Below, in pieces: positions 13,417 to 26,265 of a stretch of DNA of 64,000 nucleotides; the stretch's first letter is position 1; each line of letters starts with the position of its first letter. The position numbers and the translations under genes were made by a program. The notes beneath the pieces are model-generated. The model was not told the origin of the DNA. It ran no database searches and worked only from the letters and a program-made list of their open reading frames with translations. The stretch is from assembly GCF_009914755.1 (NCBI RefSeq), contig NC_060937.1. The stretch is one strand, 5' to 3'. The stretch comes from the human T2T-CHM13v2.0 reference genome, Homo sapiens.

Positions 13417-13593
13417 TCATTAAAATTTTTAATGTTATTATTAAATTAAGCTGAGGAAATAACTAAGATATCTCATAAAAGGAAACAGTTACTTGAGAAG
13501 TTTTTCTAAAATGCCATGTTAATTGAAGTTTTTCTTCACTAAAACTTATGACAAAAGTAGGCAAAAAAAGAAATAACAAGAAATCGGTTGAAT
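13417..13593 (+). repeat. Dispersed direct duplication, copy 2 (partner 11547-11729)
   Basis: 'tcattaaaatttttaatgttatta...aagaaatcggttgaat'. Confidence 0.97.
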
Positions 13594-14057
13594 TCCCAGC
13601 AGGTTTTTCATGGATGGTATCATCCCATTAAAAGTGTGAACTTTCAGAAGATGTTTCTGTGAGAGCAGCTTGCACCCAGAGCCAGAGAAAGATAAGAAAA
13701 AAAAGAGTGGTGTTTAAAGTACTCTGTGGAATGAAAGAAGGGTATGTGTTTGTGTGTTCAGCTCTCATGGATGTAAAACTCTACAAGGAGAAGAAGAGAC
13801 TAGAGAGGAATTTTATGAAAGAAGACTAGATGGCAACCCGATTCTCTCTGTGCCTGTCATTCTTCTAAAACTCAACACACTAATGATCTGCAATAGTTGT
13901 CTAGGCTTTTGGTGGCATTTCAAATTTTGTTTAATTTCATATGTTGCTGATGAATGTTTCATACCTTACATCAAAGGAGTAACATTTTAGAGCATTTCAT
14001 CTTGAATATTGGGACTAACATGTTATAATCAACTAGAATTTTATTATTAATCAAGAC

Positions 14058-14365
14058 CTGTAGTATCCAATATGTTAAGCACCAACTATATACGGATATC
14101 GGATATTTGAAATGTGACTAGTCTGAATGAGCCATGCTTATGTGTAAAATAAACACTGAAATTTGAAGATCAAAAAAGGTACAAAAGCTATATTCATAAT
14201 TTTATAGTGATTACATGCTAAAATATTATATTTTGGGTATATGAGATTCCATGAAACAAATTACATAAATTAATTTCACATATTTCTTTTTAACTTTTTC
14301 ATATAGCTACTCGCAAATTTAAAATTACTTTTTTGGTTTAATTATATTTTTATTGGATTGTACTG
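14058..14365 (-). mobile_element. MER33 hAT-Charlie DNA transposon
   Basis: 'tccaata...ttgaaatgtgactagtctgaatgag...gtgtaaaataaacactg...aaattaatttcac...tattgga'; about 310 bp with degenerate TIRs. Confidence 0.8.
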
Positions 14366-15142
14366 ATCAGAATTTAGCCAGAAGTCTTTCCCAATGCACT
14401 CTGACTTTTGGATGCATGACAACAAATGATTTGACAAATGATATTATCATACATTCAGTAACTTCTCAAACCAAGGAGAAATGATATTAAGAATATAATT
14501 TATGGAATATGGGGACATAGAAATTGAATATATCAAACTGAGAAAACAATCAATGCATTTTATGAGCATTCAGTAAATTGACAGTCTAAGAAACAGGTAG
14601 CTGAAGTTTGTTACTGGGAATATGATGAGTAAACTCATCTTCCATGGATACTCAGTTTCTTCATAAATTAAAGTCATGTCTTGATAGAGAAACATGATCA
14701 ATAGTATATACAATTGGTAAAATAGAGTTCTGGGTGCTACTCCATTAAGTCATGAGATAACCCAGAGATTTGGTGACTGCTGTTGGGAAATTTACAATTA
14801 TAACAATGCTGGAATAATTGTTGAATTCTATGTGTTATCAGAAATATGTGATACCTGCTTGACTGACTTTAGTGAGGGAATGTTATTAGTTCTTCCCATG
14901 TACCACTAAAATAGTGCAAAACTAGTGAATTGAGAAATGTCATCTACAAGAGATTGTCAATGGTGGCTTCATTATAAACTCGGAACCACCAAAACTATTA
15001 TCAATCTGTTATACTTCCTAATTACCCTAAATGAGCAACTTTCATGCTGGAGAATTAATGAAATTTATAAATGTGCTATTGCTCATTAACAAGAAGAGAA
15101 ATATGTTTCCGCTTAGAGTGCACGTTGGAAGGACTTTTGAGT

Positions 15143-15270
15143 ACAGTGCTTCCTAAATTTTAATTTACTTAGAATTACCCAGGGATCTCTCAAAATATCC
15201 AGATTCAATAGGTTATGGATGATGTTTGAAGTTGTATATTTTTTAACAAAATCCCATTTGGACCACTAGG
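15143..15270. mobile_element. MER5-type hAT fragment
   Basis: 'cagtgcttcctaaattttaa...agaattacccaggg...gattcaatagg...ttttttaacaaaatccca'. Confidence 0.55.
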
Positions 15271-16699
15271 AGACTATAGATTATGGCTTAAAAATTGGAT
15301 GCAACTAATCCAGATCCCTGGCCATTAAATTTTTCTAGGTAAAGCCTCAGGTTTTAACAAAAAAAACCCAAAGGATCTACTGGTGACTCACTATTTTGTA
15401 GTCAACAGGTTTAAGGAACAAACAAAGACATAAAAGGAATACAACAAAAATGAGTCAATTAATAAGGATAATTCTATAGATACTGGAATGGAATAGAGTA
15501 ACAGAAAGTAAGTATTCCAAAGTTAAATTTGCCACATGTGAGATCCCAGGAAGAGTAAGATCCCAAGAAGGACCTAAGATAGGGTACTTCAAATAAAACA
15601 TGGCCATCCTAGACCTTCCACCACAGAAAGCCTTTTTTAATTTTATCTTGATCATAATAGGTATTCACCTTTGGTATTGTCACTATTGAAAGTCTAATAC
15701 CTTTACTCACTGCAAATACCAACATGTCAAAGTCAGACTCATTAACCAATTCAGGTATACCTGAAATACCGAGAGATAAAATTACTATCATAAGATGTTA
15801 TATTTTGGTGGATACAGTCATTAGAATGTCAGATGAATCCATATGTGATTTTGGAAGACAAATAACTTCCCAGGAAAAAAAGTGTACACCATAAAAGGGC
15901 CTTCTACAAAAAAAATTATAAATATAGCTATTAAGTCAAACAATCACAGTTCCAGGAATAATCACAATAATTACCAATTCATTAGGAAAAAATATAGCTA
16001 ATATAGATTTAGACTCAATTTACATGGAAGTTCAATTAAAAAGAGACATTAATGTATGTCTTCATCTTCTCGTCTAACATACAGAGAAAAAATTGCTGGA
16101 AATTTTTAAAAATGTATTTTGGCTTTATTTTTGTTATTTCTTGAGGGAAGATCTAATTATTTGGAAGATATTTCTAACTCAAGTTTTAGGGACATATGTC
16201 CTTAATTAGAAAAAAATAATAATAAGGAAACACAATGAATTCACCAAGAGGCAGTACATAGAGGAAATTTATGAAATGAGTATATTGCACGTGACATCAG
16301 TGAAGGAAAGAAAAACTAAAATGGGGCAGATATTTGGCAGTCATAGCACCTGTAATCCTATATTATACCAATAATGAAGTATCAGAAACATAGCTTACAA
16401 ATTATTTCATTGCTGATATATAGCATAAACTTCAGTATCTCTCCCTAAAAAATTACAGTGGAAATGTGCCTAGTGTCCAATATTGCTATAATTAGCACAT
16501 GATCTAATTCAAAGGCTGACCAGACACGTACCCAGTTTTTTATATCTTATATTTAAAATTCTAACGACTATTATTACAATGATGTATTTCCTAGGAAGAG
16601 AAGGTAGAGGGAAACTTCATTATTTTACTACTTGGAACGTTATGAGAAACACTGCCTAGACAATATCCAGTCTCTACTTTTCCCTCGTAAACGGAGCAG

Positions 16700-17070
16700 G
16701 AATTTTGTTCATGGAAGTTCCAACAATACCACGTGAATGGAAGATTACTGGATATACTACCAAAAATCTTTTTTTTTTTTTCATGAAAGACGATTGGAAT
16801 ATACATTGTGTCGTTGGCTTTTTGCTCCTCCTCCTTTCTATTTGCTGATCATGAGGGCATGGTGACTAAAACACAGCAGTTATCTCGTGAGCTTGAAGAA
16901 ACTAACATACATATGATGAGTGACAGAGAAACAGAGCTATATGAAATATACGACTAGAGAACAGACATGGGGTCAGAGAAGCCACTATACCAGCCTCGAA
17001 TTGATTACTTCTAATTTCTGACAAGGGAATAAGGAAACTCCTTGTTTAAAATTATTCTGTTAGATTGCTG
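16700..17070 (+). mobile_element. Old MLT1 (J/K/L-like) LTR remnant
   Basis: 'gccactataccagcctcgaattgattacttct...ccttgtttaaa' resembles the MLT1 3' half; boundaries approximate. Confidence 0.45.
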
Positions 17071-17974
17071 CAAGATGCAGGAAGAAAAGGCTAACTTACA
17101 TTTTTAATGGCCACATACAAAGGGGTATCAGTATATGTATATTACTAGGAAATGTGAGCTTATTCCTCTTATTGTTTGCAGATATGTTAAGATATTTCAT
17201 ACAAAATAACACTAAAAAGAGAAGTTTATAATGCTGTCAAAAAAATAAAGTGATGAATTCATAACACTATGCCAACGCTAACATTGGCATGTCTGTTGAA
17301 AGCTTTTACCTTCATTCATATTTCAGTAGGCCTTAATATATCACATGAATAAATATCTGTGTATATCCTGTCTTGCATTTTAAAATTATTATAATTACAA
17401 TTAAAATACCATAAAATTCTATGTCTATTTTAGATTATTGAAACTGTTCTCAGAATCACCCAAGAAAATTTTTGTGTAACAAATTCAAATCAAAAGTTAA
17501 ACACATAAAGTCAAATGTCCTCCCAAGGCAAATTAAATATTCAGTGATCGAATAGTCTTGATTTAATAGCTATTGTCAATAGGACTACAGGGCACAGTGC
17601 TTTGCTTGTGGCCATAGTTTTCTATGATGTTTTTCAAAAGTTAGTTCTACAATTTAACAGGTGATTGTTTTCTTCTTTAAATTTGACACTTGGAAATGTT
17701 TCACTAGAATGAAAAATTATGGATCAGTCTTCTTTACACCATTTTATTGTTTGAAGTAGTTAAGCAAGCACACATGGTTCAATTAAATGGTATTCAACCT
17801 GAGGCTGTAAAAAGTAGTATAGAGAACCCAGCCGGAAAATGAGGTTTTCAGTAAATATCTAATTATCTTTTAAAATTTAGGACAGTAAGTGGAAATTTAT
17901 GTCTAGAATGTAGTCTATTATACAACTGGGAAATATCTGTCCAATTGGATAACATTTGGTGATAAACTGTCAAA

Positions 17975-18550
17975 AATTTTAAATAATATATAATAATTGC
18001 ACATATTTTGGAGGTACATATATTTGTACATATAATTGTACATATATAATATATAATAGTATAATTGTACATATATAATAATTGTACATATTTTGGAGGT
18101 ACATGTGATATTTTGATACCGATATACATTGTGTAATGATCAAATCAGGACAATTGGGATATCTATAACCACAAACATGTATCTTTTCTTTGTGTTGGGA
18201 ACATTATAGATCTTCTTCTAGCTGTTTCAAAATATACAATAAATTATTGTTAGCTACAATTTCTTTTCTGTACTATCAAATACTGTAACTTAATCTATTA
18301 GGTAAGATCTATTAGATAGTATATATTATCAAATACTATAGCTTTCTATTTGACTGTATTTTTGTACCTCTTAACCAACTTCTCTTCATCCTCCTTCCTT
18401 CCTTCCCTTCCCAGCCTCTACTAACCACCCTTCTTCTCTACCTCCAGGAGATTCACTTTTTTAGCTCCCTCATGTGAGCACGAACAGGCAATATTTGTCC
18501 TTCTGTGCCTGGCTTGTCTCACGTAACACAGTAAAATTTAATACCTTCCA
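17975..18550 (-). mobile_element. L1MA 3' end fragment
   Basis: 'gtacatgtgatattttgatac...gtgtaatgatcaaatcagg...ttttagctccctcatgtgagcacgaacaggcaatatttgtcc'. Confidence 0.88.
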
Positions 18551-20174
18551 TGTTGCTGAGTACTAATAGATTTTATTACAATCGTCCTGTGTATGCCAGT
18601 ATCTTAAATGGATTTCACGTTAAACAGATGTTTCACTAAAAGTGCAATCAGATAACTAAGAATAAAACCTATATGAAAAATAAAAAATGTTAAGACATCT
18701 TTGTTAGATTTTGATATTAATATATATGCTCTTGTTTTATCTTTATGTCAAATTTTAGCTGTTTCTGTATTCAAATGTATCTATTGGTCACTGTTCAAAA
18801 TTAAGAAAAATGATATTAAAGGGCCAATCTAGAAACTTTAACATTGTATACATCATTATGAATAAAGCAAACTTTGGGAGAGAATATAGATATATGAGTT
18901 ATTTTTTCTCCTGTAATCTTTTGCTTTGTCAATATTAATTTTTATAAAATTAACATTTTAGGGAATATTTGAGGGTTAGTAAAACTATGTCCTCATTAAA
19001 CAATCGGTAGATTGTGGATAAGCTTTGTATTCAAAATGAAGGTAATCTATAAAAAGAGGCATGAGACCAGATTACTCAGTGTTTACTGTTGGCAATATGG
19101 TAAGTGTATCCAAATCTATAGGCAATTTTTTGTCTATAGCCATAAAAGAAAATATTATTTGCTATAGTTAATTTATCATACATGTAAATAAATTGATTTC
19201 CCCAAAATAATTAAAGAGACAATCTATTTTATGCCACCATTCTGGTGGGTGTGTATTCACAATGATTTTTTTTAGATACTGCAATTTGCCCACTACCTAA
19301 AGTGTTCCCCTGTAGGTCTCTTTTCTTCAGTCTAATATGCATATCTTGTAGTAGCTTTATTTAAGTTAATAATTCCTCTGATTATCTGTCCAAAAATTGG
19401 CTCTACAAAATATTAAGTTCAAACAGTTTTACTAGCTTTACAGTTTTCTCTATAGCTAATTCTATTTTCTATAATTTATTTTCAACTACAACAAGACATC
19501 TCTCCTGCAGCAAATTATTTCTCTGTGTATTCAATGCGTACATTTGTTACATTATAAAGCTTCTATTCCTATTATCTTTTCAACCAAGCATTTTACCTTA
19601 TACACCTTTCAAAGAACACCATAGATTTCATATTACTCAAGGTTTCTTCAAGCTTGCAAATATCCCGTCTCGCTGTACTTATCTACAATTCAGCACATGA
19701 TATTTTCTTCATTTGCAACATGTAATACCAATTATCATGTATTTTCTTAGTATTTGAACACAAATTTCTGTCACTAGATTTTAAGCCACTCGAACTTTCC
19801 TGGCTGGTCTCTGTATAATGACATATGTCAGTTTACCACAACGTTCATACAACTGGCCTGATCCCTGCCACATACCAAAAACTCAAGAAATAACAAATAA
19901 ATAGCCAAATAAACCACAAAATTTCTTTTTTAATTCCCTTTGTACCTTGGAAGAATCAGTATACTTAGAATTATGTAAGAATTTTATTTAGTATCATTAT
20001 TATTATTACTATGAATAACATATTAAGCAGGAAGTTTGAACTATAAATTTTTTATCAATCTCAGATTTATCATGCATTTTTCATGTTATTTAATAAAATT
20101 AAAATATATTTAAAGATAAGTTTAGGAATACAAAGGCATAGTTCTGACTTCTTTAACTGAAGATAAATATATAT

Positions 20175-21085
20175 TTAAAATTTTTCATTGACAAATAATT
20201 GTATGTGAAGTACAGTGTGATGTTTTGATACATATAACAATGGTATATATTTATGGGCTACAATGTGAGGTTTTGAAATATACATACATACACACATACA
20301 CATATTGTAGAAAAATTAAGTCAATATAATGAATATATTTATAACCTCACCTAAATACATTTTTTGTTGGTGGAAATGCTCAAAATCTACTCTTTCAGTA
20401 ATTTTGAAATATATGATATTATTAACTATGCTCACCATGTTGAGGAATACATCCCTAAAACTTCTTCCTCCTGTGTCACTGGAGCTTTGTACCCTTTCAG
20501 CAACATTTCTCCTTTCTCTATCCCACACCACCCTCCAGCCTCTGTAAACACCATTCTATTCTCTGCTTCTATAGGTTCAAATTTTACATGTCACATATAA
20601 GTGAGATCAAGCAGTATTTGTCTTATTGTGCTGACCTTATTTTACTTAGAATAATGTCCTCCAGGTTCATCTATGTTGTTGCAGATGACAGTATTTTCTT
20701 TTTGGGGCTATATAGTATTTCATTGTGTATACATACCACATTTTATCATTCTTTTATTTGTTGATGGGCAAAGGTTGATTCCATATTTTTGCTACTGTGA
20801 ATAATGGGGCAATATATGTGGGAATAAAGATTTCTCTTTGACACATTGATTTTATTTGCTTTGGATGTATATCCGTAAGTGAGATTACTGGGTCTTATGG
20901 TGGTTTTAGTTAAAATTTTTTGAGGGCCCTCCATACTGTTTTTAAAAATGACTGTAATAATTTACATTCACACCAACAGTGCAACAAGGTTCCCCTTTAA
21001 GCACATTCTTGTCAATATTTGTTATCATTTATCTTTTTGTTAATAGCCGTTCTAACATGTGTAAGGTCGTATATCATTTTGTATC
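20175..21085 (-). mobile_element. L1MA 3' end (about 0.9 kb)
   Basis: Antisense L1 3'UTR: 'cacatataagtgagatcaagcagtatttgtc', 'ttgattccatatttttgctactgtgaataat', 'tttacattcacaccaacagtg'. Confidence 0.9.
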
Positions 21086-21329
21086 AAATTTGAGATCCAT
21101 CCAGCTTGTTGAATATGTTGATTATTTGTTCATTTTATACCATATCATATTCCTTGAATGAATATCTCACAATTTCGAACATCAAAATTTCCCTGGTAAT
21201 AAACATTTGGTTTGATATTATCTCACAGCTCTGGACTGCACTGATGTTTTGAACTTTAAAAATTATTTTTATATGTATTTCTCTCTCACTCTTTCTTCCC
21301 ATCCCCTACCCATCTTGATTAGGTAAATG

Positions 21330-23350
21330 TTTGTTGTTTTATCTTCTAGATGACTGTCTTCTCAGTTGTATTGTTTACTAATGAGCCTCTGAAAGTGTTT
21401 CATCTCTTTTATTATGTTTCATGTCTAGCATTTCCATTTGATCCTTTTCTTAAAGTTACTATCTCTCTGATAAAATTACCTATCTAATCTTGCTTATTGT
21501 CCACTTTTTTCATTAGAGTTTTTAACGTTATATTTAATGTTAGATTTAAAATAACACCGTTATCTTAAATTCCTTACCATATACTTACAGTATTGTTACT
21601 AAAACACCAGGGATTCCGGACTCAGTCCTGCTGCTTGCTGCACAGAGAGCCAATCACTGAGGTGCCAAGTATTGCCAAGGAAGAAGGCTTTAATAGGGCG
21701 CTGCCAGCTGAGGAGATGGGAGCTCTGTCTCAAATCCATATCCCTGACTGACTAAAACCAAGGGTTTATATAGCAGGCAAGAAATGTAACAATGTGTAGG
21801 AAAACAGGAACTTGGGAGAGGCACAGAAGGAATCATGGTGAATGAGTGGTCCTATATTTGGTGACACCTGGTGTGGCGAGCTGGTTTCAGTTCTTTGATA
21901 TTTTTTGTGAGAGGCCTAAAGGTCATTTCCTGAGGAAGAAACTTAGATGAAACAAATATAAATTTCAAGCTTTTTAAGATCAAAAGGGTCAATTTCTATG
22001 TTTACATTTAAAAAACAGTCAATCTATAGGACAATCGGGTCAATTTCAGAATTTATGTCATATTTAAGTCTGATTTGTGATTGTTTTGTCACTTAGCACA
22101 ATGTTGTTCTTTCTTACCTTCTCATATACCTTGGAATTTTTATTGAAAGCTGGATATCCTGTGTAGGAAAGTACGGAACAAGGTAAATCCATTTAATGCC
22201 AAAAATTAGTACACCCTTACTTCTAATAGCTCTTTATTGCAGTAGTTTGAGTTAATTTTTTCAAGAAGTGGCTTGTATTTGATATTTGTTGTTCTCTTTA
22301 CCCTTGGGGCAGCACAGATTTTAAATTATTCTAGCATTATCTTATGTTAGAATGTGAGCTTGTTTGCCAGAGGACTTTCTTAATGCTATATATTTATGCT
22401 TCCTCTTTGCTCTAGACCTCAGTGTGCATCTGTCTCTATTTTCTTGAAAATGTTTCTGCAAAGTTCCATGATTGTTGAATCCAGTGCTTTTTCTGGGGTG
22501 GAATGGGGAGAGATGGGATCTCTTTGTTTCCCAGGCTGGAGTGCTGGTGGGCAGTGGTGTAGTGGCTATTCACAAGAGTGCTCCTAGTGCATTGTGCTTT
22601 TGAGCCTGGTGCTAGGTAGCAGAGACTGGTGCATTCTCTAGCTTTCCTAGCCACAGTTTTAGGTAAGTGCTTTGTCCCTGTGTCTCTGGACTATAGCTTC
22701 AGTGTACTTTCCCCTTTCCTAGCTCCACTCCTGGGCCCAGCATTTTTTCTGTTTTTCTTCCTGTGCTAGAGGATTTTCTGTTTCCTTCTTCTAACTGCAA
22801 TGGGTTGTTGCGAGTAACATAAAGTATTTGTTGCAATTCCTCCAGCAGATTAAGGCTTTTGTTATACACAGGAAATAGGGGAGAATGTTTCAGCCTGGGG
22901 ATTTTGCGTCTCTCACATGTCTGCTGTTTCTGTCCTTCTGACCTACTCCTTGAGGATGCTTTTTCAGGACCATTTCTACCCTTTTTGTTTGTTTTATTTT
23001 GTTTTGGTCATGTCTGATGGAAGAATAAGGATTAAAATAGGATAAAAATTACCTCTATAATCTGCAGATCTTGGGGCTTTATACTTTCTCATCAGCCGAT
23101 GCTTGAACTCTACCAATTTGTTAACTCTCCTAAAGAGATTCTTTATATAGAGTGTCTGGCTGCATCTGCTCCATCTAAGCAAGTACCTAAATCCTGTCCC
23201 TCCATTAATGCACTTGATTCCGTAGATTCTCTGTAGGTTAAAGGAAAGGGTGAAATCGGAGGGCTAATATTGTTTTATTTTTATTTTTATTTTTATTTTT
23301 CTTGGAGAGTGACACTGTATCCAAGTCTCTATATCGTGAAAGGAAATCTG
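21330..23350 (-). mobile_element. Old L1M 5'-region remnant (interrupted by MER65)
   Basis: 'ctagcatttccatttgatcctttt', 'ttttattgaaagctggatatcctgtgtagg' resemble antisense L1M 5'UTR/ORF1; diverged. Confidence 0.5.
21594..22048 (-). mobile_element. MER65 solo LTR (ERV1)
   Basis: TG..CA termini; 'tgttactaaaacaccaggg...agccaatcactgag...gtattgccaaggaagaaggctttaat'; TSD gtat/gaat. Confidence 0.85.
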
Positions 23351-25448
23351 AAGTCTCAAGTTATTTCCTGAGATGTTACAAACATGGTCAATTCCCAAAA
23401 GTAGTTATGTAGTCTAGTGCTGTAAGTTCCAGTGTTCAGAAAATGAAACAGTGGTAATGATCAAACCCACACACTTTAATCTGGATTTATGCTTTCATTC
23501 AAAAGGACTGATTCTAAAGTGAAAATCCCTCAAGTAATTCATTTATTTTATTCTTCTGTCAAGAAGAACACATTTTCTACATGCTGGGTTTTAACTTACT
23601 CGGCTTAATTAATGATTTGATTAAATCACGATTTCAAGCTTGTATTTCCTCAATGCGTAAGTTAACAGGATATCTTATTATTCTTCAGGTTAAAACTGCA
23701 CTGCCATTTATTAAGTAATCCTCTGTTCTTTTTTGTGAACTTCAAAGGATAGTTAAAGAATAAGCTGCAAAATACCCTGGGAAAATTTCAAATTATATTG
23801 TAGATCTAACTACAGAAATACAAAAAGAAATATACACTGGCTTTAAGGTCAATAAGTGTCCTTATTTTATGCTTTTACTTATATTTTTGAGTCTATATTT
23901 AAAGTATAGATTATTAAACCTACTTCACTTTTTTCACTTCCTGATCTTAATGCTTTTTTAAAACTATTCGTTCTTTATTTAAAGATTTGTGGAAGTAGGT
24001 ATAATGCATTGGTGTCCAAGGGGGAGAGTGACTCTCAAAATAATGAGACTTAATTTATAATTTTTACTTATTTTCATCATTCCATGTTGTGTATATAATC
24101 ATCACAGCCCATTTTAATCTAGCAATTTGCTATCATTGAATATATACAAGGGGAGAAATTTACAACCAATCTTTGTTAGCTAGTACAAGCAGCTTCTTTT
24201 AGTCTACTTTAAATGATGTGATGACTCAATTTATGGTCTGAATGTGTGCTTAGTAACATAACAATTGAGGATGTTTGAGAATCTTTCTTTTCACTCCAAA
24301 ATTAAGGTTCAACTGTCAAATACAATGTTTTATAAGAGTGGTAAATCATTTCTTTCTCTCTCGCTTTTATTTCCCACACCATTGCTCTCATTCCATAAGA
24401 AGCTGAGAGCAAAAACCTGTTTCTTGAATTAATGTTCTTTGGAGTAAAAGATTTTACCTCAAATATTGAACAATTGTCCCTTCATTTAGTATTTAAAAGC
24501 AGAAGAAAATACCATGCACCAGAGAAATCAGGAGGCTAAAATCCTGATGATTTAATTATGTTTTTGGCTTTACTACAAATGAAATATAATTGGTTTGGTA
24601 TCAAAAACATTTTTAAAACAATACAAATAAAAAACAAATATTATACTGATAAACGATTTCTTCCTTTTTAAAAAGTAAAAGAAGAAAGGGGAACTATGTA
24701 GAAAAATATACAATTTTTCCAACTAAATTAATGCAAGGTGTGTAAAGATCAAAGAAGGGGAGTTTAGTATAAAAACTACCCAGGATTGTTTATTCTTATA
24801 ATTTATCATAAGATCAGCCACATGATATACAAAAACAAAATATTTATTTTTGGAATATACTTGTCTTTCAGCATTAAATTAATATTTTAAAAAATTAAGA
24901 ACTGAGAAAAAAACAGCCAACAATGTAAAAAAATGAGAAATAAAATAAAACAAGCAAGAAAAGAACTAAAGCAATACCTTTAAAAGCTCTGAGTAAAAAC
25001 AGGAAATAAAATTCCTATTTCTAAGGATATATCAATCTAAATCTTTAAAGATTTAAATAACATGCTGATTGAAATGTGAATATATCTTTCTGCATTATTT
25101 AATAATATTCAAAACTTTATTGTGTCATGAAAATATTTTATTTAAATAATTTTTATATGAACATGAAAAAAGGAATAATGTATAGTTGGCAATGGCTTTT
25201 GAAGTAAAAAAAATAAGTTTAATTTTAGAGATCAGAATTGAAATTTGTTGCTATGACCATTGATTATTTCTTAAATGTCTTCATTGCATGATTAATTTAA
25301 AAATACAAGGACATTTAGAGGTGAAAATCATTTAATGTAATTTATATCAACCACCTAATTTTATAAACAAGGGAACTACTATCCCAAAATGATAAATGTT
25401 TTTCCCAAAGCTTTGCAGTGTTGCTGTTCAATAATGTTAACATACTCA

Positions 25449-25765
25449 GGCTAAGCATGGTGGCTCATGCCTATAATCCCAGCATTTTGGGTGGATTAGG
25501 CAGGGGAATGGCTTGAGCCCAGGAATTGGAGACCAGCCTGAGAAACACAGTGAGACCTTGTCTCTACAAAAAAAAAAAAAAATTAGCTAGACATGGTGGT
25601 GCACACCTGTAGTCCCATGTACTCCGGAGGCTGAGGTAGGAGGATCTCTTGAGCCTGGAAGGCTGAGGCTTCAGTGAGCCATGATTGTACCGTAGCACTC
25701 CAGCCTGGGCAACAGAGTAAGACCCTGCCTCAAAATATAATACAACAACAACAATGACAACAAAA
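25449..25765 (+). mobile_element. AluJ
   Basis: J-type 'cttgagcccagga' and 'gagccatgattgtacc'; tail decayed to (CAA)n; TSD approximately aaca(a)tactca. Confidence 0.93.
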
Positions 25766-26221
25766 CAATACTCAATTCCAGCTATTGAATGATTCCATCT
25801 ATAATTAATTGATGTAAGTGACCTAATCCAGGTAACACTTCCATCTCATTAAAAAAGACTATGTATGTAACATTTAGCTGTTTATAAGTAATAATTCTAT
25901 AACATTTTATAAATATTTACAGAATCTCACTGACACAATTTACTGTATCATTGTACTTAAGTTTGCAAAATAATTAACAATGTTTATTAAAATTATTTTG
26001 AAAATTAAAATAGCACTTAAAACATTTTATAATATTTCTGCTAATTAAAATGATTTGCTTCAGATAAATTATTTTAGTAGTTGAAGTCAATTATTAGCAA
26101 GGTTAATGTAAACCACTTGTTTGACTTTGCATTAACCACAGCTTTTCATAACATGTCATCTAAAATCACAATGCCTATATTTATTTTGTTTGCAAGTTTA
26201 GCCATTGCAAACTGGAACAAC

Positions 26222-26265
26222 AAAAGTAGCCTCCCCTTAGGGTTGTTGTGAAGATTAAATGATTC
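26222..26265 (+). mobile_element. MIR core fragment
   Basis: 'tagggttgttgtgaagattaaatga'. Confidence 0.7.
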
